A stretch of 64,000 bases of DNA from Clostridiales bacterium UBA3678 (GCA_002372935.1 DFJF01000005.1:100754-164753), one strand, 5' to 3'; shown: positions 19,430 to 29,414, counted from the first letter of the stretch. Notes: generated by a model from the sequence alone, not told the origin. Numbers and translations are program-made.

Positions 19430-21283
19430 TTATTCTACTGTTACCGATTTTGCTAAATTTCTTGGCTTATCTACATCTAAGCCTTTTTCTTTTGCAATAT
19501 AATATGCTAATAATTGTAATGGTACAATTGTAACTATTGATGAAAGACTTTCATCTGTGTCTGGTACTATTATTAAATTATCAAAAATTGTTGTATTAAT
19601 ATCTTTATAAATTGATTCACTTAATACTGCTGTAGTAACTGCTCCTCTTGTAATTATTTCTTCCATATTACTTATTGTTTTTTTTACTAGATTTTTATTT
19701 GTCATTATTCCAATTACATTAACACCTTTTTCGATTAATGCAATTGTTCCATGTTTAAGTTCTCCTGCTGGATATCCTTCTGAATGTATATACGAAATTT
19801 CTTTTAATTTTAGTGATGCTTCTTCTGCTGTTGTATAATCTACTCCTCTTCCTAGATAGAATACATCTTTTTCTTGATAAAGCTTTTTAGCTATTTTTTT
19901 AACTTTTTCTGTTGTTTTTAATACTTCTTCCACTTTGATTGGTAATTCTAGCATTTCATTAACTAATTTTGAAACTTCTTGTTCTTTAACATTTCCTAGC
20001 ACTTGACCCAAATATATTGCAAGCAATGTAAGTAAAGTTATTTGTGATGTATATGCTTTTGTTGATGCAACAGCAATTTCAGGACCTGCATGTGTATATA
20101 TTGAATAGTCTGCCTCACGTGTAATTGAACTTCCTATAACATTTGAAATTGCTAATGTTTTTGCTCCTTTTTCTTTTGATAATTTTAATGCTGCAATTGT
20201 ATCTGCAGTTTCCCCTGATTGGCTTATAAATATACATAAAGTTTTATCATCTATTAATGGATCTCTATATCTAAATTCTGATGCAATATCAACTTCTGTA
20301 CGAATTTTTGAAAATCTTTCAATTGTTGATTTTACTGCTAAACCTGCATGCATAGCTGTACCACAAGCAACAATATATATTTGTTTCAAATTTTGCAAAT
20401 ATTCTTTTGTAAAATTCAATTCATCAAATTTACAAATTCCAGTATTTACTCTTGTTCCAATTGTTTCTCTAATTGCAGTTGGTTGCTCATAAATTTCTTT
20501 TAACATATAATCTTCATATCCATTTTTATCTGCAGCCATTGCATTCCATGTTATAGTATCTGATTTTTTATTGAATTCTTTTAAATTCTTATCAAAAAAT
20601 CTTATATTATCTCTTGAAAGTAAAGCAAATTCTAAATTTTCTAATAAGTAAAAATCTTTTGTATAACTTAAAATTGCTGGAATGTCAGAAGCAATATAAT
20701 TTTCTCCATAACCTTTGCCTATTACAAGTGGGCTGTCTTTTCTTACAACAATCATATTGTCAGGATTCTCTTTTGAAAGAACTTCAATTGCAAAACTTCC
20801 CACTAATTTATCTGTAGCATTTTTTACAGCATTTACAAATTTCAATTCTTTTTGATTTTTGTTATCATTTTTATAAAAATAATCAATCAAATTTGGAATA
20901 ACTTCTGTGTCTGTTGAAGAGAAAAATTTATATCCTTTTTCTTCAAGCTCTTTTCTTAATTCAACATAATTTTCGATTATTCCATTATGTACTACTGCAA
21001 AATCTCCATTATTACTTGTTTGTGGATGTGCATTTTCCTTTGATGGTGTACCATGAGTTGCCCATCTAGTATGTGCTATACCAATAGTTCCATTTAAATT
21101 TTCTATCTCTTTTATTTTATACAAATTGCTTACTCTGCCCTGATCTTTTTGAACATCTATTTTTCCATCTTCTATAATTGCAATTCCAGCAGAATCATAC
21201 CCCCTGTATTCTAACTTCGTAAGCCCTGCTAAAAGTATGGGGCTTGCCTTCTGACTTCCTATATATCCTACTATTCCACACAT
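19430..21283 (-). CDS. glmS: glutamine--fructose-6-phosphate aminotransferase
   Basis: It starts MCGIVGYIG (Ntn Cys), has two SIS domains, and ends ..PRNLAKSVTVE. Confidence 0.95.
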   Translation of the reverse strand: MCGIVGYIGSQKASPILLAGLTKLEYRGYDSAGIAIIEDGKIDVQKDQGRVSNLYKIKEIENLNGTIGIAHTRWATHGTPSKENAHPQTSNNGDFAVVHNGIIENYVELRKELEEKGYKFFSSTDTEVIPNLIDYFYKNDNKNQKELKFVNAVKNATDKLVGSFAIEVLSKENPDNMIVVRKDSPLVIGKGYGENYIASDIPAILSYTKDFYLLENLEFALLSRDNIRFFDKNLKEFNKKSDTITWNAMAADKNGYEDYMLKEIYEQPTAIRETIGTRVNTGICKFDELNFTKEYLQNLKQIYIVACGTAMHAGLAVKSTIERFSKIRTEVDIASEFRYRDPLIDDKTLCIFISQSGETADTIAALKLSKEKGAKTLAISNVIGSSITREADYSIYTHAGPEIAVASTKAYTSQITLLTLLAIYLGQVLGNVKEQEVSKLVNEMLELPIKVEEVLKTTEKVKKIAKKLYQEKDVFYLGRGVDYTTAEEASLKLKEISYIHSEGYPAGELKHGTIALIEKGVNVIGIMTNKNLVKKTISNMEEIITRGAVTTAVLSESIYKDINTTIFDNLIIVPDTDESLSSIVTIVPLQLLAYYIAKEKGLDVDKPRNLAKSVTVE

Positions 21284-21372
21284 ATATTTTCCTCCTTATA
21301 TGAAAAGCTTATAAGGTTGATTTTAGAATATTTTCAAGATTGTATTTTTATAAGCTCTATAAATTTATTTCA

Positions 21373-21400
21373 TTATATCAAAATAATTTTTTAAATTCAA
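21373..21400 (-). promoter_or_regulatory. sigma-A type promoter of glmS
   Basis: The minus strand reads TTGAAT, a 17-nt spacer, then TATAAT, about 85 nt upstream of the glmS ATG. Confidence 0.55.
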
Positions 21401-21432
21401 CAAATATTCATCAAAATCTTTTATTTGTAATA

Positions 21433-22686
21433 CTACAATAAAATTTTGATATTTGCACCTATACCATTTAATTTTTCATCTACATTTTCATATCCTCTTA
21501 AAATATATTTTATATCTTCTATTTCTGTAGTGCCTTTTGCCATTAATCCAGCTATTACCATGCTTGCTCCACCTCTTAAATCTGTTGCTTTAACTTTTGT
21601 TGAATATAATTTTCTAGTTCCTTTTATAATTATACTTTTTCCATTGACCTTAATTTTAGCACCCATTCTTTGCAATTCTTGTGCATACTTAAACCTATTT
21701 TCAAAGATATTTTCTGTAATAATTGACGTTCCAGATGCTGTGCAAAGCATGGCTCCAAAAATAGATTGCATATCTGTTGGGAATCCTGGATATGGCATAG
21801 TAGTAATATCAATTGCTTTTAATCTTTTGGGAGATGTCAAATTAACAATATTTTTCTCATTTTCAATATTACAGCCTGCTTCTTGTAGTTTATCTAATAT
21901 AGGTTTTATATGTTCTATTTCTACATTTTTTAATCTCACTTTTCCCCCTGTTGTTGCTACAGCACAAAGTAAAGTTCCTGCTTCTATCCTATCTGGCATA
22001 ATATTATAACTTACTTCTTTAAGTTTATTGACACCTTCAACTTTTATTACATTTGTACCTGCACCTTCAACATTTGCTCCCATTTTGTTCAAAAAATTCT
22101 GTAAGTCTTCTATCTCTGGCTCTCTTGCTGCATTTCTTATATATGTTACTCCTTCAGCCAAAACTGAAGCCAAAATGATGTTTTCAGTTGCTCCAACACT
22201 TGGGAAATCCAAATTAATCTCAGTACCTACAATACTATCTGTGGTACAAATTATCTTACCAAAATTTTCTTGTACCTGTATTCCCAATTTTTTAAATCCC
22301 TTTAAATGCAAATCAATTGGTCTAGAACCAATATCACATCCTCCTGGATATGAAAATGTCGCCTGTTTATACTTGCCAATTAAACTTCCAGCTAAAATAA
22401 CTGAAGATCTCATCTTTCTCATAAGATTTTCAGAAATTTCAAATTTATGTACATTAGATGAATCAATTACCACCTTAGAACCATCTTTTTTTACCTTACA
22501 TCCTAACTCTTTTAAAATTTCAATCATCATCTTTGTATCCTCAATTTTAGGCACATTATACAACTTAGAAATACCCTCATTTAAAATAGTTGCAGCCATT
22601 ATTGGCAATGAAGCATTTTTCGACCCAGACACAAAAGTTTCGCCTTCTAATCTCTTTCCTCCCTCAATAATAAAACTTGACATCAA
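21433..22686 (-). CDS. murA: UDP-N-acetylglucosamine 1-carboxyvinyltransferase
   Basis: 417 aa. IEGGKRLEGETFVSGSKNASLPIMAATIL and the EPSP-synthase-like fold strings are present. Confidence 0.95.
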   Translation of the reverse strand: MMSSFIIEGGKRLEGETFVSGSKNASLPIMAATILNEGISKLYNVPKIEDTKMMIEILKELGCKVKKDGSKVVIDSSNVHKFEISENLMRKMRSSVILAGSLIGKYKQATFSYPGGCDIGSRPIDLHLKGFKKLGIQVQENFGKIICTTDSIVGTEINLDFPSVGATENIILASVLAEGVTYIRNAAREPEIEDLQNFLNKMGANVEGAGTNVIKVEGVNKLKEVSYNIMPDRIEAGTLLCAVATTGGKVRLKNVEIEHIKPILDKLQEAGCNIENEKNIVNLTSPKRLKAIDITTMPYPGFPTDMQSIFGAMLCTASGTSIITENIFENRFKYAQELQRMGAKIKVNGKSIIIKGTRKLYSTKVKATDLRGGASMVIAGLMAKGTTEIEDIKYILRGYENVDEKLNGIGANIKILL

Positions 22687-22767
22687 TATCTCATCCTTCC
22701 AAATAACTTTTTTCTACTTTTTATGATATATTTTATGTCAAGTTTTTCATTTATGTGACTTTCATTT

Positions 22768-22842
22768 GGGGACGGTTCTTTTTTGAAAGGGGACGGTTCT
22801 TTTTCAAAAGGGGACGGTTCTTTTTCAAAAAAGAACCGTCCC
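22768..22842. repeat. REP-like array C: 3 forward + 1 reverse unit
   Basis: GGGGACGGTTC occurs at 22768, 22789 and 22810 (21-bp phase). GAACCGTCCC occurs at 22833. The array overlaps the last codons of the radical SAM gene. Confidence 0.9.
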
Positions 22843-23793
22843 TGTTTGAAAGTACATTCCCTGTCTCAAATCTTGTTCTTCCATAATTTTATTGAATCTG
22901 TTCATAACAATCTTTTTATGTGCATTCCATTCAGGTGCAATTAAGATATCTTTTGGAGCATCAGCACAAATTCTATGTACAACAATCTGTGGTTTTATAT
23001 GAGTTATAACATAAATTAAATCATCAAGATATTCGTCTAAACTTAAAGGTATATATTGTCCATTCTCATACATTTCACACAACTTAGTATTTTTTACAAC
23101 ATAAGTTGAATGAATTTTGATTCCATCAATATCTAATTTATTTATTAAATTTACTGTATCCTTAATTTGCTCTGGAACACCTTTTTTCCTATCTTCTTCC
23201 GGCAATCCACACATAATATGCACAATAATATCTATATTATATTTATTTAAAATTTCTACAGCTTTTATAAATTCCTCAGTCGAATATCCTCTATTTATAA
23301 TTTTTCCAATTTCATTATCAGAAGTTTGTAATCCAAGCTCAACACACACATAATATTTATTTTTATATGATGAAATAAGGCTTGCAATTTCATCATTTAT
23401 ACAATCAGGTCTTGTAGCTATTGATATTCCAACAATTCTTTCATCTATTAAAGCACTATCATATTTGCTTTTTAAATTCTGAATTGTATCATAAGTATTA
23501 GAAAAATTTTGAAAATATACAATAAATTTATTTGCCCTTTTGGCTCTATATGAAGCAAAATATTCCTTTACTTGATTTTCTATGCCATGTCCAATTAGGT
23601 CTACTGAATCTTTCTCGATTCCATGTCCGATCAATTCTCCAGAACCTTTCTCGCTGCAAAAAATGCAACCTCGATTTCCACATCTTCCATCTCTATTTGG
23701 ACAAGTAAATCCACCATCAATACAGATTTTTAAGGTTCTTTCTCCAAATTTTTTTTTATAATATGTGTTTAAACGATTATATCTTTCTTCCAT
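22825..23793 (-). CDS. TIGR01212-family radical SAM protein
   Basis: DGGFTCPNRDGRCGNRGCIFC cluster followed by the TIGR01212-like body. The C-terminal ..QTGTVLF* is encoded by repeat array C. Confidence 0.8.
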   Translation of the reverse strand: MEERYNRLNTYYKKKFGERTLKICIDGGFTCPNRDGRCGNRGCIFCSEKGSGELIGHGIEKDSVDLIGHGIENQVKEYFASYRAKRANKFIVYFQNFSNTYDTIQNLKSKYDSALIDERIVGISIATRPDCINDEIASLISSYKNKYYVCVELGLQTSDNEIGKIINRGYSTEEFIKAVEILNKYNIDIIVHIMCGLPEEDRKKGVPEQIKDTVNLINKLDIDGIKIHSTYVVKNTKLCEMYENGQYIPLSLDEYLDDLIYVITHIKPQIVVHRICADAPKDILIAPEWNAHKKIVMNRFNKIMEEQDLRQGMYFQTGTVLF

Positions 23794-23801
23794 TTTAGTA
23801 T

Positions 23802-23860
23802 GGCTCCCCTTTCATTTTTCAAAAAAGGGCCATCCCTCTATGAAAGAAGAACCGTCCCTC
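23802..23860. repeat. REP-like array D (one good and two degenerate reverse units)
   Basis: GAACCGTCCCTC occurs at 23849. Degenerate copies are GGGCCATCCCTC at 23827 and GGCTCCCC at 23802, each followed by a TTTCA/TTTGAAAA linker. Confidence 0.6.
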
Positions 23861-23874
23861 TTTGAAAATAGAAA

Positions 23875-26457
23875 TTATTCTGTATCTATATTTGTCAAAT
23901 TTTCTGAAGTATTTGTCTTAATACTTGCATTTTCTGAATTTTCATTTGTACCTGTGTTTGTATTTCGAGCATTATTAGTATTATTATTTGTGTTTATATT
24001 CGTATTTGTATTATTTCGAGAATCATTAATACTCGTGTTTGACGAATTTTGCGTATTATTATTTGTATTTGTCGAATTTCGAACATTATTATTTGTTGTA
24101 TTAGTATTGGTTGTATTTTGAGAATTATTTGTATTTGTATTTATATTTGTAGTATTTTGAGAATTATTTGTATATGTATTCGTACTTGTTGAATTTTGCA
24201 AATGATTTTCGCTCCTATTAATATTCGTATTTGTACTTGTAGATTTTTGGGAATTTGAATTTGATGAGCTTCCAAATCCAAATAAATTTTTTATTTTGTC
24301 TATAATTCCCTCATTTGTAGCATCATTTACTTCGCTTCCTGAATGTGTATTACAATAAGCAGGCAATGTTCCTTTTAAATAATACTCTGTATATGTATCT
24401 TTACATCCACTTCTAGCTCTCATTCCACTTTCTTTGCAAACAGTGCATGCAATAACTCCAGATGGAATCTCAAATTTAGAATCATTTTTATTTTTATGAA
24501 TGTCTTTCATGACATTTGCCCAAATATATCCTGCTGGATTTTTTCTATTAAATTCTACTGTTTCATTTTGGTCATATCCAAACCAAGCTACAGCTGTATA
24601 ATAGTTTGTGAATCCACATAGCCATCTATCATAGTTTTCATCAGATGTTCCAGTTTTAGCTGCAACATCTATTCCTGAAATTTTGCAATATGTTGCTGTT
24701 CCATTAACTCCAAGCACTGGTTGCTCTAAAAGGCTTTTTAAAATATATGCAACTTGTTTTGAAACTACTCTTTTCTTCTTTTGAGAGGTTTTCATTAATA
24801 CATTTCCATCTTTTTCTACGATTTTAGTATAAAATGTTGGTTCAATGTATACTCCATCATTTGCCATTGTATTATATGCTCCAGCCATTTCTAATGGACT
24901 AATTCCTTTTTCCAAAGCTCCTAAAGATAGCCCAAGTGATTCATCTCCTTCTGTAAGAGTAGTAATTCCTATACTTTCCAAGAACTTCTTTGATTTTTTA
25001 GGAGTAATCTCTTTTAGCATCCTGACAAATGGAATATTTTGTGATGATTCAACTGCTCTCCTTACTGTGATTTTCCCTAGTTCACTGTCATAATCTGTAG
25101 GTGCAAAACCTGGCTCAAATTCTTCTACAGTATCATCATATATAGTAGAAGCAGTAAAAATCTTATCTGAAATTCCTGGAAGTAACACAGAAAGAGGCTT
25201 TAATGAAGATCCTGTTTGTCTTGTGCTTTGTGTTGCTCTATTTAAAGATCTAGATTCTGTCTTTTCTCCTAATCCTCCAACACATCCCAAAACATATCCT
25301 GTGTTAGGCTCCATTACAACCATCGCAGCCTGAGATGTAGCACCTGCATTTACTTTAGACTCTAATATATATGTTTTTTTCTTACATTCTGTTTCTATAC
25401 TTTCTTGCACATTCAAATCTTCTGTACTGTATATTTTAGATCCAGATAAATATAAAAAATTTGTTGCAAAATCTTCTGAAATATTATATTTATCCTCTAT
25501 GTCTGATAAAACTTCATTTATAACAGCATCTGTATGATATGAATATACTGCATTTCCTGAATCCACATTTCCTTTTTTAAACTTCAGCCCAGCATCTACT
25601 TCTTGTACAGCATCATTATATTTAGTCTCTGAAATATATCCAAGTTCTTTCATTTTTGATAATACAGTTTTTGTTCTATTATTAACCTTTTCTTTGCTTT
25701 CTTCTGTCTCATCAAAAGGCTTATATGAAGCTGGCGAATTGTTTATTCCTGCTAAAAATGCACACTCTGCAATGCTCAAATCCTTAACATCCTTATCAAA
25801 ATAATATTTCGAACCAGCACCAACTCCATAAAGATTTGGTCCAACATAAATTATATTTAAATAATATTCCAAAATATCATCTTTAGACAATGAATTATCT
25901 AATGTAAAAGCTTTATACCATTCTCCTATCTTCCTAGAAATTTTTTTATCAGAATCTCCAGTTATATTTTTTACAAGTTGCTGTGTTATTGTACTTCCAC
26001 CAAAAGATGATTTTCCAAAATGAATAATATAGCTGAAAATTGCACCACCAGTTCTTCTTATATCAACTCCATGATGTTTATAAAACCTTTGATCTTCTAT
26101 AGAAATATATGCATTTTTTAAATATTCTGGCATTTCACTTGAAGATACATAAATTCTTTTTTTCTCTTCTCCTATCTCAGCAATCTGTTTTCCGTCACTA
26201 TTCAATACGACAGAGTCTTGAACATTTTGCATATTCTTAGCTAATTTTAGCCATTTGTTTGTAAAAATAATTAACTCTATAATTAAAAAAGTCACAATCA
26301 TAATAATCATTAATATAGAAATCCTTCTTTTTTTGCTTTTGACTTTTTTATGTTTATCATTTTTTTGAAAGCGTGTCTTTTTAAAGGCTTTTGGTACAAA
26401 TTCATCACTATCATTCAATTCATCATCATTATTTTTTATTTTTTTGCCACTTTTCAT
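23875..26457 (-). CDS. class A penicillin-binding protein (PBP1A-type transglycosylase/transpeptidase) with low-complexity C-terminal tail
   Basis: GT51 motifs EDQRFYKHHGVD and GGSTITQQLVKN, and transpeptidase motifs SSLKP and KTGTS. There is an N-terminal TM anchor. Confidence 0.9.
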   Translation of the reverse strand: MKSGKKIKNNDDELNDSDEFVPKAFKKTRFQKNDKHKKVKSKKRRISILMIIMIVTFLIIELIIFTNKWLKLAKNMQNVQDSVVLNSDGKQIAEIGEEKKRIYVSSSEMPEYLKNAYISIEDQRFYKHHGVDIRRTGGAIFSYIIHFGKSSFGGSTITQQLVKNITGDSDKKISRKIGEWYKAFTLDNSLSKDDILEYYLNIIYVGPNLYGVGAGSKYYFDKDVKDLSIAECAFLAGINNSPASYKPFDETEESKEKVNNRTKTVLSKMKELGYISETKYNDAVQEVDAGLKFKKGNVDSGNAVYSYHTDAVINEVLSDIEDKYNISEDFATNFLYLSGSKIYSTEDLNVQESIETECKKKTYILESKVNAGATSQAAMVVMEPNTGYVLGCVGGLGEKTESRSLNRATQSTRQTGSSLKPLSVLLPGISDKIFTASTIYDDTVEEFEPGFAPTDYDSELGKITVRRAVESSQNIPFVRMLKEITPKKSKKFLESIGITTLTEGDESLGLSLGALEKGISPLEMAGAYNTMANDGVYIEPTFYTKIVEKDGNVLMKTSQKKKRVVSKQVAYILKSLLEQPVLGVNGTATYCKISGIDVAAKTGTSDENYDRWLCGFTNYYTAVAWFGYDQNETVEFNRKNPAGYIWANVMKDIHKNKNDSKFEIPSGVIACTVCKESGMRARSGCKDTYTEYYLKGTLPAYCNTHSGSEVNDATNEGIIDKIKNLFGFGSSSNSNSQKSTSTNTNINRSENHLQNSTSTNTYTNNSQNTTNINTNTNNSQNTTNTNTTNNNVRNSTNTNNNTQNSSNTSINDSRNNTNTNINTNNNTNNARNTNTGTNENSENASIKTNTSENLTNIDTE
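23878..24260. repeat. degenerate short tandem repeats encoding the N/T/S-rich PBP1A tail
   Basis: Reiterated TATT(T/A)GT(A/G)TT-type units translate to NTNTNN(S/T)QN.. over roughly 125 aa. Confidence 0.7.
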
Positions 26458-26487
26458 AATTCATCTCTCTTTCAAATATAAAACACT

Positions 26488-26560
26488 GAGAACCATTAAA
26501 AACAGATCTTTTTTGATACTTTTTTTAATATCTGTCCTATCTTCAAAGAAGAACTGTCCC
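26488..26560. repeat. REP-like array E (degenerate)
   Basis: GAACTGTCCC at 26551 has one mismatch. Also present are ATCTGTCC at 26529, ACAGATC at 26502 (the GGGACAGATC variant also seen at array H) and GAACCAT at 26490. Confidence 0.5.
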
Positions 26561-26573
26561 ATTTTAAATGTAT

Positions 26574-28520
26574 TTATAGTTCGTCCTCTACTATCATTTT
26601 ATCTAAATCTTTAACAAATCCCTTCAATATAACAGTTTTTATAGTTGTATCTTTTCCTTTTAAATAGTCTGAAATCATACGCTTTAAAGAACTCATATTT
26701 TTTTGCTCTTCTTTTACAACTTCTGGATGTAACTTTGCTCTTTTTAGCATTCTTTCTCTAATAATTACTATATCTTCATTTGTAGCACAAGTAAGTCTCT
26801 GTAACATTTGATATGGATCAAAATATTTGAATATTGGAATATCCATGCATTCCTTATCAAATCTTTCATAGAATTGTTCCATTTTCATTGGAATATTTTT
26901 AAATACCTCTTCTGCTTTTATTTCATATTCTTTTTCTAATAATTCATCATTTAAATCATTAAAACTACTGATTACTTCATTTATATCATCAGATGAATTA
27001 TAAATTGAAATTTTTTCTAGCTCTTCGCGAACATTTGGAAAATATCTTGAATGACTCGCAGCTATATTCATTCCAGTAATAAAGTCTTCTTTTAAATCTT
27101 TTAGGTCATAACTAATTAAATAATTATTGTAAAAATAGATATAATATACAAACAATTTTGCAATATCTATAAGCTCTAACTTGCCTTTTTTGACATCATC
27201 AAGAGCCTCATATACTGTGTCAAAAAACTTATCATCTGGAATTTTCCAATATTCTTCAACTAAAATTCTCTTATATGCAGGAATATTTCTTTCTCCACTT
27301 GATGTCATTTCTGCATCTTCCATATCACGCTTGAAAATTTTCATATCGAAAATTCTAGTTCTAATATAAAATTCTATGAATTTAAAAAATCTATATTCTG
27401 TTTTAAAATTATAATAATAATTTCCATCAAATTCTTTTATATAAAATTGTCTATTATCACTTAAAACCCTTGAAGAAACTAAGATTGATTTATATTCTTC
27501 ATTATCTTCTATATTTTTGAATTTTTCCTTAGTAATTTTTCCAGCTTTTATCTCAAATGATGCAGCTATAGTAAAAATAAGCATTGTTTGCATAACAATT
27601 TTATTAGTATTTGGATAAAATTTATCTGTCATTTCATAAATCTTTTTAAAATCATTTAAAGATTGTTTTAAAATACGCAAGTTCCTTGTTCCGCTTCTCT
27701 TAAATGTTGACATAATCAAATTAGAATTTTCTCTTAAAAATTTGACTAATCCTGGATTTGACTCATATCTCATTAGAATTCCATTTATAATATAGTCAAA
27801 TTTAGGTGCATATTCAAAAGTCTCTCCTATTAATTTTTCCTTAATTCTCTCATAATCATTTGTTCTTTCAAAAACAGTTTCTATTCTATCTTTAATTTTT
27901 TCAATCATAGGTAAATCATTATTATTAAGTTCACCTTGCTTGTCCAAAAGATAAGTTGCTATAAAAGTCTTCATTTCAAGATTTTCACTCTTCATCTTTG
28001 TAGCTAATTCTTTTTCATTACAGATGATGATTGTCTTCATGTGATCATGTTCAACGAAATTGTTGATATAGCCCAAAATGTCTATAACATCAACATTTGC
28101 TCTTTCTAAATCATCAAAACATAAAACCTTGTCATTAATAGCAAAAAACTCATCATAATCAATCTTCTCCCCATTTTGTGCCACACCGAAAAAATTCGCC
28201 ATATCAAGGCTAGTTTTAGCATATTCTGGAATTGCTGTTTGTTTATGTGTTGACATATATCTTCTCAAACTTTTATCCATTAGTTGGGTAGTCTCAATAA
28301 ATATTTTCTTACTAATTTCTTCCAAATTTGAAATACCATATAGAGACATATAAATAGTCTTATATTTTCTTCCATTTAGTGTAAGTGATTCGATTTTTGT
28401 TTTAATTTGATTATTCCAGAAATATGTTTTTCCTGCACCCCATTCACCATTAATCATAATAGCATAATCTGTATAATCTGATCTTACATAATCTAAAACA
28501 CTTTCTAATAAATCATCCAT
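26574..28520 (-). CDS. KAP-family P-loop NTPase
   Basis: Walker A INGEWGAGKTYFW and Walker B-like VLCFDDLERA, followed by a long alpha-helical C-terminal region. I prefer the ATG at 28520 (RBS GAGGAATATT) over the GTG at 28532. Confidence 0.75.
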   Translation of the reverse strand: MDDLLESVLDYVRSDYTDYAIMINGEWGAGKTYFWNNQIKTKIESLTLNGRKYKTIYMSLYGISNLEEISKKIFIETTQLMDKSLRRYMSTHKQTAIPEYAKTSLDMANFFGVAQNGEKIDYDEFFAINDKVLCFDDLERANVDVIDILGYINNFVEHDHMKTIIICNEKELATKMKSENLEMKTFIATYLLDKQGELNNNDLPMIEKIKDRIETVFERTNDYERIKEKLIGETFEYAPKFDYIINGILMRYESNPGLVKFLRENSNLIMSTFKRSGTRNLRILKQSLNDFKKIYEMTDKFYPNTNKIVMQTMLIFTIAASFEIKAGKITKEKFKNIEDNEEYKSILVSSRVLSDNRQFYIKEFDGNYYYNFKTEYRFFKFIEFYIRTRIFDMKIFKRDMEDAEMTSSGERNIPAYKRILVEEYWKIPDDKFFDTVYEALDDVKKGKLELIDIAKLFVYYIYFYNNYLISYDLKDLKEDFITGMNIAASHSRYFPNVREELEKISIYNSSDDINEVISSFNDLNDELLEKEYEIKAEEVFKNIPMKMEQFYERFDKECMDIPIFKYFDPYQMLQRLTCATNEDIVIIRERMLKRAKLHPEVVKEEQKNMSSLKRMISDYLKGKDTTIKTVILKGFVKDLDKMIVEDEL

Positions 28521-28547
28521 AATATTCCTCACTTTCTTCTTTCAAAA

Positions 28548-28643
28548 GGGGACGGTTCTTTTTTGAAAGAGAACCGTCCCCTTTCAAAAAAGAACCGTCC
28601 CCTTCTGAAAGAGAACCGTCCCCTTTTGAAAAAGAACCGTCCC
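28548..28643. repeat. REP-like array F: 1 forward + 4 reverse units
   Basis: GGGGACGGTTC occurs at 28548. GAACCGTCCC(C) occurs at 28571, 28592, 28613 and 28634 (21-bp phase). Confidence 0.9.
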
Positions 28644-28652
28644 TTTCTGAAA

Positions 28653-29312
28653 TTAATCTTTTGCAATTGTAAATATTCCAATCGATTTTACCCCAATATT
28701 TTTTAGTATTCTGCTACATTCATTCACTGTATTTCCTGTTGTAAAAATATCATCTACAAGCAAAACTTTTTTTCCCGTAAAATTTTCTTTTGTTTTTGCT
28801 TCGTAAACTCCTATCACATTCTTTACCCTTTCTTCTTGGCTTAATGTACTTTGAGGCTGATTGTCTTTTATCTTTACCAAAGTCTTTTTATATGAAATTG
28901 CTTTATTTAAATCTTTTTTATTTATTGATTTTGCAATGTTAATTGCCAATAAATCACTTTGATTGTATCCTCTTTCTTTATATCTTTTTTGACTTATTGG
29001 AACTGGAGTTATTATATCATACTTTACAATTTGATTACAAATTTTTTCATTATTTTCTATAAATTTTACAAAACTTTCATAAATATATGGTTTATCTTCA
29101 AATTTATATTTTATTATTATATCTCGGATCTCTCCATCATATTGAAATAAATAGATGTGTTCGTCAAAATAACTAGATGTGTCTTTATAACTTTCAATTT
29201 TGCAAGCAGATTGATTTTTTAATCTAATTTTGCACTTTTTACATAATCTATTTTTATCTAATTTTCCACAAAAACCGCACACTGGTGGATATAAAATGTC
29301 TATAAAGTTCAA
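28653..29312 (-). CDS. comFC: ComF family protein (ComFC-type phosphoribosyltransferase-fold competence protein)
   Basis: N-terminal 4-Cys zinc finger (PPVCGFCG...CKKC) and the PRTase motif KKVLLVDDIFTTGNT. The start is placed at the TTG at 29312, after GAGGTGAAATT. Confidence 0.8.
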   Translation of the reverse strand: MNFIDILYPPVCGFCGKLDKNRLCKKCKIRLKNQSACKIESYKDTSSYFDEHIYLFQYDGEIRDIIIKYKFEDKPYIYESFVKFIENNEKICNQIVKYDIITPVPISQKRYKERGYNQSDLLAINIAKSINKKDLNKAISYKKTLVKIKDNQPQSTLSQEERVKNVIGVYEAKTKENFTGKKVLLVDDIFTTGNTVNECSRILKNIGVKSIGIFTIAKD

Positions 29313-29414
29313 AATTTCACCTCGGTATAATTTAATAATTATTGTAATTCTCAAATTTGAAATTTATGAAGTCCTGAAACAGAGATTTTAAACAATAAAA
29401 TCTCTGAATTACAA

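Noticed and set aside
21446-22726. Long plus-strand ORFs (187 and 232 aa) opposite murA, with similar antisense ORFs opposite ftsZ (33378..33926), spoVB (43815..44267), mgtE, ftsA and others
   Set aside because: They lie antisense to strongly supported conserved genes, have low-complexity hydrophobic composition, and are typical stop-poor shadow frames.
23575-23645. Internal duplication LIGHGIEK-DSVD-LIGHGIEN just after the radical-SAM cysteine cluster
   Set aside because: It is a real but old, diverged ~36-nt tandem duplication inside a loop region. Nothing indicates functional or mobile significance.
23765-24121. 118-aa plus-strand ORF overlapping the PBP1A tail and array D
   Set aside because: It is a shadow ORF across low-complexity repeats. 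It has no RBS and lies antisense to the PBP1A coding region.
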